A model generated the notes under the pieces. It was not told where the DNA came from. It searched no databases and saw only the letters and a program-made list of their open reading frames with translations. The translations under genes and the position numbers were made by a program. A DNA stretch of 64,000 bases from Longimicrobiales bacterium (lineage in GTDB: Bacteria; Gemmatimonadota; Gemmatimonadetes; Longimicrobiales; Gaopeijiaceae), in assembly GCA_965226375.1 (NCBI GenBank), contig CBDDCX010000008.1, positions 416,001-480,000 of the forward strand, given 5' to 3'. Shown here piece by piece: positions 38,334-48,406 of this stretch. Position 1 is the first letter of the stretch. Every line of letters begins with the position of its first letter.

Positions 38334-39164
38334 TCAGGAGGAGCTCGGAAGCACTGCGAAGATCCTGACCTGGCCGCCGGAGCCGCCTTCGATCTTGATC
38401 GGGGCTACGATCAGGTAGGCGCCGACGGCTGGGACCTGTCCCAGGTTGGCGACGTTCTCGAGATGGAACTTGCCCGAACCGTTCACGATGCCGTGGACGG
38501 GAAAGCCGGGTCCGACTCCGGGGTCGATGGAGAGGTTGTCGATGCCGATACCACGGATTTCCCGCTCGTTGATCAGGAACTCCCCCACCTCCGCTGAGAA
38601 TCCCGGAAAGTGGAGCCGACCTTCGTCATCGAGGTTGGCGTAAGCCACTGCATCGGTGTACTTCTCGGACCACCCGGTATACAGGAGCACGATGGCACCG
38701 GTGGGGAGACGTCCGTGCTGTCGCTCCCACTCTTCCACGTCCGCCAAGGTGACGCTGTAGTCTGGGTCGGCGGCGGACTGTGCGGAAATGTCGATGACGG
38801 CTGCGGGGCCGAAGAGGTCACTGGACGTGAGCTGATCGACGGACGGTTGTCCTTCAGCCCCGTGGACCGGAGCATCGATGTGAGTGCCGTGGTGTTCCGG
38901 CGTCGAATACGCCGCCATGGAGGGCGATCCGTCGGCATGGGCTCGAATCGTGTCGTGCGTGAAAGGATTGCCATTGGGGCTCGGCCAGTAGGGAGCCGTG
39001 GCACTGAGTGCGTGGGTCAGATCCACAACCTCCAACTCGCCCGAAAAGAGCTGGGTTAGAGAGTCGGATCCGCTGCCTGCCTGCGGTTCGCAGCCCGCCA
39101 TCGAGGACACCGTCAACCCGGCCAGCACAGCCGTCCGACCGAGCCATTGGGGGATTGCGGACAT
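38334..39164 (-). CDS. Cyclase family (kynurenine formamidase-like) metal hydrolase, lipoprotein
   Basis: EHHGTHIDAP, GIDNLS, LENVANL; lipobox MAGC. Confidence 0.88.
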   Translation of the reverse strand: MSAIPQWLGRTAVLAGLTVSSMAGCEPQAGSGSDSLTQLFSGELEVVDLTHALSATAPYWPSPNGNPFTHDTIRAHADGSPSMAAYSTPEHHGTHIDAPVHGAEGQPSVDQLTSSDLFGPAAVIDISAQSAADPDYSVTLADVEEWERQHGRLPTGAIVLLYTGWSEKYTDAVAYANLDDEGRLHFPGFSAEVGEFLINEREIRGIGIDNLSIDPGVGPGFPVHGIVNGSGKFHLENVANLGQVPAVGAYLIVAPIKIEGGSGGQVRIFAVLPSSS

Positions 39165-39344
39165 AGGGGCCTCTGCAGGTTGAGTGGTTCTTCGGCGTGG
39201 TGCTAAAACTAGGGAGCCAACGTGCGCCATGGTCAACGTGCTCGCGCATACGGCGCGCCGCAAGCAACCCTCCAGCGACCGCTCCAGCAACCGTCCAACT
39301 GCCCTCCGTCACCCTCCGGCCACCTTCCGGGGCAATGCCCGTAC

Positions 39345-39403
39345 TTGACAGGTGCCGCAACCCTTTGGATACTGACACTGTCAATACTAACAACGTCAGT
39401 ATC
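39345..39403 (+). promoter_or_regulatory. Sigma-70 promoter with tandem palindromic operator (likely PadR sites)
   Basis: TTGACA-N17-GATACT; TACTGAC-N3-GTCAATA and TACTAAC-N3-GTCAGTA overlap the -10 and start site. Confidence 0.75.
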
Positions 39404-39427
39404 TAACTCTTTCAGGAGTGACCTCTG

Positions 39428-39754
39428 ATGAGCCAGGAAGTTCTGGGTGGGTTCGAGCACCGTGTACTCTTGGCCATCGTGCGGCTCGGGTCGGAGGCGT
39501 ACACGGTCCCGATCGTCCTCGAACTGGAGGTACATGCCGGGCGTACCGTAGCGCCCGCTTCGGTCTACGTGACGCTTCGTCGGCTGGAGAAGAAGGGATT
39601 CCTCACCTCACGGATGTCTCCGCCGCCGGCCCACCAGGGTGGCCGGGAGCGGCGGGTGTTCACGCTCGAAGAGCCGGCCCTGGAGATTCTTCGGGAGTCG
39701 AAGCGGGTGTTGGGGAGCCTTTGGGAGGGTCTCGCGCAATTGGACGAGGTATGA
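39428..39754 (+). CDS. PadR family transcriptional regulator
   Basis: LGGFEHRVLLA, SVYVTLRRLEKKG, GGRERR. Confidence 0.92.
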   Translation: MSQEVLGGFEHRVLLAIVRLGSEAYTVPIVLELEVHAGRTVAPASVYVTLRRLEKKGFLTSRMSPPPAHQGGRERRVFTLEEPALEILRESKRVLGSLWEGLAQLDEV

Positions 39755-42479
39755 GGGGATCATCGCCGCACGGATCAGGGCACCGCCTCGGCAGACGGCT
39801 CGCCATGCTTTTGCTGGCACCTTGGCTCTCGGCCGAAGAGCGTCGCGAGGCCTTGGCCGATCTGGAGGAGCTCGGCAGGGTGCGGAGTTCGCGGCATGGC
39901 AAGCTGATCTCTGGAGTCTACTTCTGGTGGCAATTGCTCAAGTATCCCCTGCGCCTCCTGGGGCAGGAATGGTCGGCAGGTGGGCGCCCGCGAGCGGTGC
40001 GGGCCGGAAGCATGGGAAAGGGGAATGGGATGGAAGGCTTTCTGCAGGATCTCCGGTACGCACTTCGGACGCTGATCAAGAGTCCGTCGTTCGCGCTCAT
40101 CACCATCGCGACCTTGGGCATCTGCATCGGGGTGAATACCGCGATCTTCAGTGTCTCCAAGAGGGTCTTGATGGACCCGCTTCCATACCCCCAGCAGGAA
40201 CGGGTGGTGGCTGCGTGGCTGTACGACGTTCCGGCGGCCAAACAGGCCCGTGTGACTCCGGGGCACTACACCGACCTGAGGAGCCTCACGGAGATCTTCG
40301 ACCATCTCGCGGCATTCTGGGCAATTACGAGCACGCTGACCGAGGATGGGAATCCGGAATTCCTACAGGGGAGTCGGGTGACGTCGTCCTACTTCGAGGT
40401 CTGGGGGTGCCGCCCGTCATGGGGCGCGACTTCCTCCCCGAGGACGATGTGCAGGGTGGACCGGCCATCGTCATCATAAGCCACGACCTGTGGAGTGGGC
40501 GCTTCGGCGCCGATCCGGGAATGGTGGGCCGCACCCTCCTTCTCGATGGCCGTTCGTTCGAGGTCGTGGGTGTAATGCCGCCCGGGATCTACCCCACGGT
40601 GGCGACGATTACTGGAGAAATCCGTTTCTCACCGAAGAACCAGGACTTCTGGGTTCCTCTTCGATTCAGCGAGCAGTTCTACGGCAACCGGAGACCTCAC
40701 CTCCTGGGCGTAGTCGGCCGGTTGGCTTCTCAGGTCTCGTTCGAGCGGGCGCAAGCGGCCGTGAGCGCGTTGGGCAGTGCGCTTGTGGCCGAGGGTGCGT
40801 GGAGCCAGGACGAGCGACTGCGACTGAACCTCATGCGTGACGAGGTGGTTGGCAGTGCCCGTGTCGGGCTTCTGATGCTCGGGGTCATGGTGGGCTTCCT
40901 GTTGCTCATCGCCACGGCGAACGTGGCCGCGCTCCTCATGGAGCGCTCCGAGCGGCGCAGAACGGAGATGGCGGTTCGGGCGGCCCTCGGTGCCGGGCGG
41001 CTCCGGTTGATTCGACAGCACATGGGGGAGAGCCTGGTGTTAGCGGCGTGCGGGGGCGCGTTGGGGGTACTGCTCGGTGTTATCACACTCGACTTCATCA
41101 AGATGCTGGTGCCGTTCCAGATCCCCCGGTTGCAGACGGCGACTATCGATGGTGACACGCTCATGTTCACGGGCCTCCTCTCTATTGTCACAGCCCTGGC
41201 TTCGGGGGCGGTGCCGGCCATTCGAGGAGCGGTGCAACAGACGACGGTGTCCCTTACACACGGCGTCCAGAGCGCGGGGGATGGGCGGGTGCGCAGAAGG
41301 GTTCACGGTGTCCTGGTAGCGTCCCAAACCGGGCTCGCGGTCCTATTGGTCATCGGGACTGGCCTGATGGTTCGTGCGTTCTGGACTTTGACACATGTGG
41401 ATCCGGGCTTTTCACCCGAAGGTGTCATGACGATTCCCATCACGCTCCCGGCGGGCCGGTACGCGGACGAGTGGGCATTCCACGAGAGGCTTCGGAACGA
41501 GCTCGAAGCCGTCCCGGGCGTGCTCGCCGCGACGGTGGCGTATGACAACCCGCTCCAACGCACGTGGAGCGACGGGTTCAGGATCGAGGGGAGGGAGACC
41601 TCGGACCAGGACGACTCCCCGCTCGCGAGCCTTCGCCCTGTGGGGCCGGGCTATTTCTGGACCATCGGTGTCGGGCTTGTCAGCGGCCGAGCCTTCAACG
41701 ATGGAGACATTCCCGGCGCCCCAGGCGTGGCCGTAGTCAACGAGACGCTCGCTCGCACCTACTTCCCAGAGACGGACCCGCTCGGAGAGGTCCTCCAGAT
41801 TCCCTCGGCGCAACGAATTCTCGGGTCGGATGAGGAGGGTGTGTTCGAGATCGTCGGGGTGGTCAACGATGTGCGGTTCTTAGGCCTCGATCAGAACCCT
41901 GAACCGGCCCTGTATCTGCCCTTGGCTCAGTTCCCGGCTGGGGGACGAAACCTTCTGATTCGCGGTGATCGGGACGACATGAGCCTTCTGCCGTCCCTGC
42001 GTCGGGCTATTTGGGATCTGGACGGCGACATTCCGATTCGAGACGTCTCCACCTTGGACGGCATGCTCTCGGACCTGGTGGCGCCGTCACGATTCAACAT
42101 GGTCATGCTGGCGGCGTTCGCCGGTCTCGGACTCCTGTTGGCCGGCCTCGGGGTCTATGGACTCGTGTCTGCCGTGGTGGTGTCGCGATTCAAGGAGATC
42201 GGCCTGCGCATGGCGTTGGGTGCCAGCCGCGGACGCGTACTCCACACGGTGATGAGGGATGCGCTCTGGCCAGCCGTGTGCGGTGGAAGTCTGGGACTCG
42301 TGGCGGCTGTGGTGCTTTCCCGCCATCTCCAGGTCCTCCTTTTCGAAGTCGACCCGACGGATCCTACGGCGCTCATGGCTGCTCCGGTCATCCTGGTCAC
42401 CGTAGCGGTTGTGGCGAGCTATGTGCCTGCCCGGCGAGCTGCGGCCATCGATCCGGCGTCAACGCTCCGGGAGGATTAG
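39751..42479 (+). CDS. ADOP-type duplicated ABC permease; frameshift near 40401
   Basis: QDLRYALRTL, GVNTAIFS in one frame; GVPPVMGRDF through RRAAAIDP in the next; one base missing at gtc-tgggggtg. Confidence 0.88.
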
Positions 42480-42552
42480 CCGGCCCACTCGCCCGTTCCA
42501 CGGCGCGCATCTAGATTCTCACCGCCAGGTTACTCAACAGAGCGGGTGAATC

Positions 42553-43752
42553 ATGACTGTGTCTCGTCGTTCCTTCGTGGCCGGTGCCGCAGCCGCGGCC
42601 CTCACGCGGCCAACGTCCCTCTCCTCCATGACCCACCAGACCTTAGATATCACGGAGCGATTCGATCCGTGGTTGGAGATCGATGCTGCCGCCCTCCGAT
42701 ACAACGTCGGGGTGGTCTCCCGATTGGCCGGGGGCCGTCCCATCATGGCGGTCATCAAGAACAACGCCTATGGACTGGGCGTGACTACGGTCGCGTCAAT
42801 CCTGGAGGAGCTTCCGGAGATCATGGGGTTCGCGGTGGTCAAGACGCAGGCCGCGTTCACCCTGCGTGACGCCGGGATTCGCAAGCCGGTCTTGCTGATG
42901 GCGCTGTTTTCCGAGGCCGACGGGGCGGATCTCGTCGCTCAGGATATCGATCTGATCCTGGCGACCGACGACTCGGGTGAGCGTGTGGCCAAGGCTGCCC
43001 GGCAGGCGGGACGTCAACCGCGGGTCCATATCTACATGGATACCGGGATGAGCCGCATGGGCATTCCGTACCATCGCGCCCTCCCGTGGCTCGAAGACGT
43101 GGCGCCCCTCGGGCTCGATGTCCGAAGCACGTTCATGGGGTGCACGGAGAAGCCGGACTTCGACCCCGAGCAGCTTCGACGCTTCAAGGAGGTCACGGCG
43201 ACTGCGAAGGCACGAGGGTTCGAGCTCGGTGCTCTCCACGCAGCCTCGTCGAACGGTGTGTATCACCTCCCGGAAGCGCATCTCGACATGGTCCGCCCCG
43301 GCATCGCCCTTTACGGCGCCTACCCCAGCGACGCCGAGAGCGAGCACGCCAAGGCCGAGTTGCACCCGGCGGTGAGTCTGCGAGCTCGGATCGTCAGGGT
43401 CGAACGCCTCCGCGCCGGTGACACGGTCAGCTACGGTGGGAATTACACGGCCGAGCGCCCGACCTGGATCGCGACGGTGCCGGTCGGCCACACGGACGGC
43501 TATCCGCGTCAGGCGGTCAATGGAGCCAAGATCCTGGTCAACGGCACCCTCTATCCGGCCATCGGGGCGGTGAGCGCCAGCCATACCATCATCGAGGTGG
43601 GCGAAGAGCCTGATGTGTCCATCGGCGATGTCGCGACCCTGCTGGGTCCTGACGATCCGGCGATCAGGCCCAACGCCCTGGCGGAGGTAAGCGGATCGGT
43701 CTACGACGTGTTGATGCACCTGAACCCGGGGCTACCGAAGGTCCTCGTATAG
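42553..43752 (+). CDS. alr: Alanine racemase family protein with Tat signal peptide
   Basis: SRRSFV Tat motif; AVIKNNAYG (PLP Lys), DTGMSRMG, VRPGIALYG, VSYG (catalytic Tyr). Confidence 0.88.
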   Translation: MTVSRRSFVAGAAAAALTRPTSLSSMTHQTLDITERFDPWLEIDAAALRYNVGVVSRLAGGRPIMAVIKNNAYGLGVTTVASILEELPEIMGFAVVKTQAAFTLRDAGIRKPVLLMALFSEADGADLVAQDIDLILATDDSGERVAKAARQAGRQPRVHIYMDTGMSRMGIPYHRALPWLEDVAPLGLDVRSTFMGCTEKPDFDPEQLRRFKEVTATAKARGFELGALHAASSNGVYHLPEAHLDMVRPGIALYGAYPSDAESEHAKAELHPAVSLRARIVRVERLRAGDTVSYGGNYTAERPTWIATVPVGHTDGYPRQAVNGAKILVNGTLYPAIGAVSASHTIIEVGEEPDVSIGDVATLLGPDDPAIRPNALAEVSGSVYDVLMHLNPGLPKVLV

Positions 43753-43778
43753 GCGGTCTGCCGCCGGGATACACCACA

Positions 43779-44723
43779 CTAGCGTACCTCGGCCAACAGG
43801 CATAACAGCTCGTACATCATCGTTGCTCCGATGAGGGCGGTGGTCCCACTCGGGTCGTAGGCCGGCGCCACCTCCACCACATCGGCACCGATCAGTCGGA
43901 CACCGCGCAGCTTTCGCAGCAGGGTCAGGCTCTCCACGGTGGTCAGGCCGCCCACCTCGGGAGTGCCCGTGCCGGGTGCGAAAGCCGGATCCAGGCTGTC
44001 GATGTCGAACGAGAGGTAGGTCGGTCCGGATCCGACGACTCGTCGGGCCTCCTTGGCCACCGCATCGATCCCCATGCGGGTGACATCTTCCATGAACAGC
44101 ACCCGCATGCCGCTGGACTGCGAAAAGTCCCATCCCTCGCTCGAATTCTGCGCCCCTCGAATGCCGATCTGCACCGTACGCTCAGGATCGATCAGGCCTT
44201 CCTCGGTCGCCCGGCGGAACGGTGCGCCGTGGCTGTAGGGGGAGCCCATGTATTCGTCCCAGGTGTCGGTGTGGGCGTCGACGTGGATCAGGCCCACCGG
44301 TTGCTCAGACGCTATGGCGCGGAGGATGGGGAGCGTGATGGAGTGGTCGCCTCCGGCGGCCAGTGGAGTCACCCCTTCGCGGTGAAAAGCAGAGAAGAAC
44401 TCTTCGATGTCGGCGTGGGCCCCCTCGATGTCGTACGCCCTGGAGAAGGGGACGTCTCCTCCGTCACCGACCCGGCAGAGCTCGTACGGGTCGATCCGCG
44501 TCGATGGGTGGATGGAGCGCATCATACTCGAGGCGTTTCTGATCTCCCGCGGACCGTGCCTGGCCCCGGGGCGGTTCGTCACAGCCCCGTCGTACGGGAC
44601 CCCGATCATGGCGATGTCGAAGACGGACAGATCGTCGATCAACGGCGCCCGCATGAAGGAGGCGATCTCCATATAACGAGGGGCCGACATGGGATCCTGT
44701 CCGCGTGGGGTGTTCTGACTCAA
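43779..44723 (-). CDS. speB: Agmatinase / ureohydrolase
   Basis: GGDHSIT, DAHTD, SFDIDSLDP, PGTGTP; start could also be ATG 44690. Confidence 0.88.
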   Translation of the reverse strand: MSQNTPRGQDPMSAPRYMEIASFMRAPLIDDLSVFDIAMIGVPYDGAVTNRPGARHGPREIRNASSMMRSIHPSTRIDPYELCRVGDGGDVPFSRAYDIEGAHADIEEFFSAFHREGVTPLAAGGDHSITLPILRAIASEQPVGLIHVDAHTDTWDEYMGSPYSHGAPFRRATEEGLIDPERTVQIGIRGAQNSSEGWDFSQSSGMRVLFMEDVTRMGIDAVAKEARRVVGSGPTYLSFDIDSLDPAFAPGTGTPEVGGLTTVESLTLLRKLRGVRLIGADVVEVAPAYDPSGTTALIGATMMYELLCLLAEVR

Positions 44724-45142
44724 TAGACCTCCCAGACACCGGGGCTAGCCAATTCGACGAGGTGATCGTCGGGATCGCGAAAGTAGAGGCTTTGGCCTCC
44801 GCGTGGCCAATCGATCTCGCTCTCGATTTCGATTCCCTGGGTAACGAGGTGATCGCGCCAAACCGGGAGCTGCTCGGCGTCCACCGCGAACGCGAAGTGG
44901 GCGGGTCCGCTGCCGTCGTGCGCAGGCATCCACTCGCTGGACGTGCCGAGACCGGACGCGGTGGCACCACGCAGGAAGAGGAGCAGGACCGTACCCTCCC
45001 CGGCGTCGAGGGCATTTAGACGGGCGCTGGTGCTGAGGGCGCGTAGACCCAGCACGTCGCTATAGAAGGCTCGTGCACGCTCCAGGTCGTCAACGTAAAG
45101 TGCCGTCTCCAGCACGCGGCGGATGGGTGGAGGAGTGCTCAT
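44720..45142 (-). CDS. VOC/glyoxalase family protein
   Basis: LETALYVDDL, HFAF, SLYFRDPDDHLVEL. Confidence 0.9.
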   Translation of the reverse strand: MSTPPPIRRVLETALYVDDLERARAFYSDVLGLRALSTSARLNALDAGEGTVLLLFLRGATASGLGTSSEWMPAHDGSGPAHFAFAVDAEQLPVWRDHLVTQGIEIESEIDWPRGGQSLYFRDPDDHLVELASPGVWEVY

Positions 45143-45157
45143 GACAAGGCGTTACGG

Positions 45158-45568
45158 CTAGTTGGGTTCCAGAATCCCTGCCCACGGCACATCCGCGTCG
45201 GGGGTTCGCCGCCACAGCATGTTCCTCTGATTCGGAAAGTAGATCCGACCCCCATCCTCCTGTGTGAGGTAGAACCGGAACGAGTAGATGTCGTTCTCGT
45301 CTCCGCGATATTCGATCGAGTACAGGGGGAGGTCATCGTGAATGAGTTGCACCTCTTGAATCCTGTGCACCGAGAACGTGTCCCCGCCCTGGAGCAGGTA
45401 GATGTAGTCCTCCGTGATCTCGAACGCCCGGTCGGCATACTCCAACGCGTCCGTGGTCCATCTGCCGGTGACGTCCGCGGGGGGCGTCTCGACAATCTCG
45501 GGTCCGCACGCCGCCACGATCATCGACACGCAGGCTGTGGAAAGCCAGGTCCGGAGCTTGGTCATCAT
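45158..45568 (-). CDS. Small beta-rich lipoprotein, paralog B
   Basis: Lipobox VAAC; shares YADRAFEIT, LLQGGDT, YSIEY, FRFYL, YFPNQR with its neighbour. Confidence 0.75.
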   Translation of the reverse strand: MMTKLRTWLSTACVSMIVAACGPEIVETPPADVTGRWTTDALEYADRAFEITEDYIYLLQGGDTFSVHRIQEVQLIHDDLPLYSIEYRGDENDIYSFRFYLTQEDGGRIYFPNQRNMLWRRTPDADVPWAGILEPN

Positions 45569-45575
45569 CGATCCC

Positions 45576-45992
45576 TCACGGTGACCCGGCAACATTGGAT
45601 GCTTCCGCCTGATGGGTACGATGCCACAGCAGCTCCCTCTGGTTCGGAAAGTAGAGAGTGCCCCCCTTGGCCTGACTGAGGTAGAAGCGGAAGGTGAAGA
45701 GTTCGTCTCCTTCGCCCGTGTATTCGATCGAGTAGAATGGCAAGTCATCGTGACTCAGGCTGACCAGGTCGATCTTGTCCGAAGAAATGGTGTCGCCACC
45801 CTGGAGCAGGTGCAGCTCCTCCGTCGTGATCTCGAACGCCCGATCGGCGTAGCCCTCGTCCTCGGTCGTCCAGTGGCCGAGGATCTCAGCGGGCGCCGTC
45901 TCGAAGGTCTCGGAGTCGCACGCGGACACAGCCAAGAGGAGGCTGGCTACTCCGCGCGCCGCGCACAGGGGTCTCCGTCCGGAGCGTGCCAT
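45576..45992 (-). CDS. Small beta-rich lipoprotein, paralog A
   Basis: Lipobox VSAC; ATG overlaps HD-GYP stop (TGATG). Confidence 0.75.
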   Translation of the reverse strand: MARSGRRPLCAARGVASLLLAVSACDSETFETAPAEILGHWTTEDEGYADRAFEITTEELHLLQGGDTISSDKIDLVSLSHDDLPFYSIEYTGEGDELFTFRFYLSQAKGGTLYFPNQRELLWHRTHQAEASNVAGSP

Positions 45993-47721
45993 CAGTTTGT
46001 CCCCAACTCCGCCATCAGGCCGGCCCTGGCCCCGATGGCCTCCATGGCACGGCGAGGGACATCTCCTGAGCGCATGACCTCGACAAAGGCGTCTACGGTG
46101 TCTGGGTCGAACTGTGTGCCGGAGCACTCGACGATGACGTCGACGGCCTCCGGGGCATTTCTGCCTGAACGGTAAGGACGGTCGGACTGCAGGGCATCGA
46201 AGGTGTCCGCGACGCACAGGATGCGTGCCAGGAGGGGAATATCGGTTCCCCTGAGCCCTTCAGGATACCCCAGGCCGTCCATGCGCTCATGATGATACAA
46301 GACGATGGGGAGCACATCGGACAAGGCCTTCAAAGGCTCGAGGATTCGAGCGCCGATGGTGGTGTGGTCCTGCATGGTCTGCGTTTCTTCGTCCGTGAGC
46401 GGTCCGTTCTTATCGATGATGGTGACCGGGATTCCGATCTTGCCGATGTCGTGTAGCAGGCCGCCCCGATGCAGGCGATCGAGCTCCTCGTCGGGCAGGC
46501 CCATGGTCCGGGCGATCAGGACACCCATCTGGGCAACCCGCTCGGAGTGACCGGCCGTCCAGTGAGACTTGGCATCGATGGTGCGGGCCAAGGTGGCGAT
46601 GGTACTCCAACTGAGATCTTCCAACTCCTCGAAGAGGGTGCCGACCTGTCGGGCCATATCGTTGAAGGATTCCGCGAGTTCTTCGAACTCATCACCGCTG
46701 GAGATGTGAGCGCGTGCACTGAAGTCCTTCGCGGCCAGGCGGCGCGTCCCCTCTCGGAGCTGGGCCAACGGTTCCATGCTCTGACGGATCCGCATGGCGG
46801 CGAGGAGAACGACTACGGCCAGCGTCAGCACCAGGAAGCCGCTCAGGCTCCTTCGGAAGTCGCTCAGCGTGGCCAGCATCGCCTCTTCGCTCTCCCCCAC
46901 CACTACCGTCCAGTTTTCGGAGTTGAAGCCTCTGAGATAGACCCTCCGGTAGTGGCCATTATATCTCTTGGCACCATTGATCACGACACGGCCCCATGAA
47001 GCGAGTCTTCGGGGATCGACATGCCTTCGGGCGGGCCGGCCGTCGTCCAAGATACTAGACCTCCGGCGCAGTCTATGGGTCGAAGCAGCGGATCGAGGAT
47101 GCAGTAGCCCTTGTCGTCCTGAAAGTCGACCTCGGTGTTGGCGATGCTAGTGGCGTAGACCTGCGCCGTGGACCATAGGCTGTCGCCGATGACCCGCCCC
47201 CAGAGCACGCCGTCCTCGGGTCTGTCCGTATTCCACGCCCTGGCAATCAGGACTTGGAGGTCTCCTTCGGCCGCACCCTGAGCGACTGCCAGGGCCGACT
47301 GCCCCAGGATCACATTACCCTGTGCCATGGCACCCAACTCGGGGACCTCTCGGAGGGAGCCCACCAGGATCGTGGGGGCACCGCCGACGTTCGAGACCAG
47401 GCTGACGTCGCTGAGGCGTCTGAGATCCTCCGACCGCAACGGCGTCTCGATTCCAGCCTGCACTGCCGCCGCTAAGGGGTTGGACGCTGCCGCCAGGAGT
47501 ATCATCTCGCTTTCGATGGCCTGCACTCGCTCGATGATGGCCATAGCAGCGTCGGTCGTCGCCTGATCCATGCGCGCGCCGGTCTGGTTCTCGAGTTCCG
47601 TGCGGACCCGTCTGTACGAGATCACGGCCAGCGTGGCCGTGGGGAGGAGGGCGGAAAGGAAGAAGAGGAAGACGATCTTCCTGCCCAGCTTCGTTCTGAA
47701 ATGACGGACGTCGAAGATCAT
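45992..47721 (-). CDS. Membrane sensor with periplasmic domain, HAMP and HD-GYP phosphodiesterase; frameshift near 46992
   Basis: TM1 in the upstream frame; TM2, HAMP (DEFEELAESFN), LLHDIGK, HHERMDGLGYP downstream; frames joinable at a G4 run. Confidence 0.85.
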
Positions 47722-47749
47722 GCGCTAAGCCGAGGCAACGTTCATCACG

Positions 47750-48310
47750 TTAGAAATCCGCGGCCAACCCGACGAAAGCCCCGTCCATAGCGCGCAGAAT
47801 GTCGTCCTGGCTCACCTTTGCCGAGAGAGGTTTCTTGCTCTCGCCGTCCAACCCCAGGCTGTACAGATCGTAGTCGCTGTTGAGAGGAACCAGGAACTTG
47901 TCCTTTCGTCCCCCCGCGGAGGCGCCCTTCTTACCGGTATCAAGGGGCTGGTAGGAATACGGATTACCCCACGGGTCCAGCATTCCCGCCCGCCCGATGG
48001 CGGCCAAGCTGACGGGCGATGCGTAGTTGTCCTCGATGTAGATGGCCAGCTCGGATTCCATGACCCGAATGTCGGCGATGGCGCGCACGTTCATCGCACG
48101 TTCCCGGGCCCGCTGAAAGGTAGGTGCAGTCATGGACGCGAGCGTGCCGATGATCACCGTGACTATGAGGAGTTCCAGCAAGGTGAAGCCCTGATAGATC
48201 TCTTCTAGTTCGCGCCGCCGCCGGACTCGATCGCGTGACTTCAACAGCGGGGTCCTCAGGGTCCGTTGCCTTTCATCTGCGTGGAAGAACGAAGACTCTG
48301 AAGCAAACAT
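47750..48310 (-). CDS. Type IV pilin / GspG-like pseudopilin
   Basis: Prepilin site QG-FTLLELLIV (Glu5); DPWGNPY and LYSLGLDG GspG-like motifs; start uncertain. Confidence 0.87.
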   Translation of the reverse strand: MFASESSFFHADERQRTLRTPLLKSRDRVRRRRELEEIYQGFTLLELLIVTVIIGTLASMTAPTFQRARERAMNVRAIADIRVMESELAIYIEDNYASPVSLAAIGRAGMLDPWGNPYSYQPLDTGKKGASAGGRKDKFLVPLNSDYDLYSLGLDGESKKPLSAKVSQDDILRAMDGAFVGLAADF

Positions 48311-48406
48311 CTGAATTTCGGTATGTAAAAGTTACACTCCCACCCCGAAAAGATGAAAGGATTTTGCGTCAGCTGGAATCGCAGAACGCATAGGTGGTGG
48401 GGGCCG

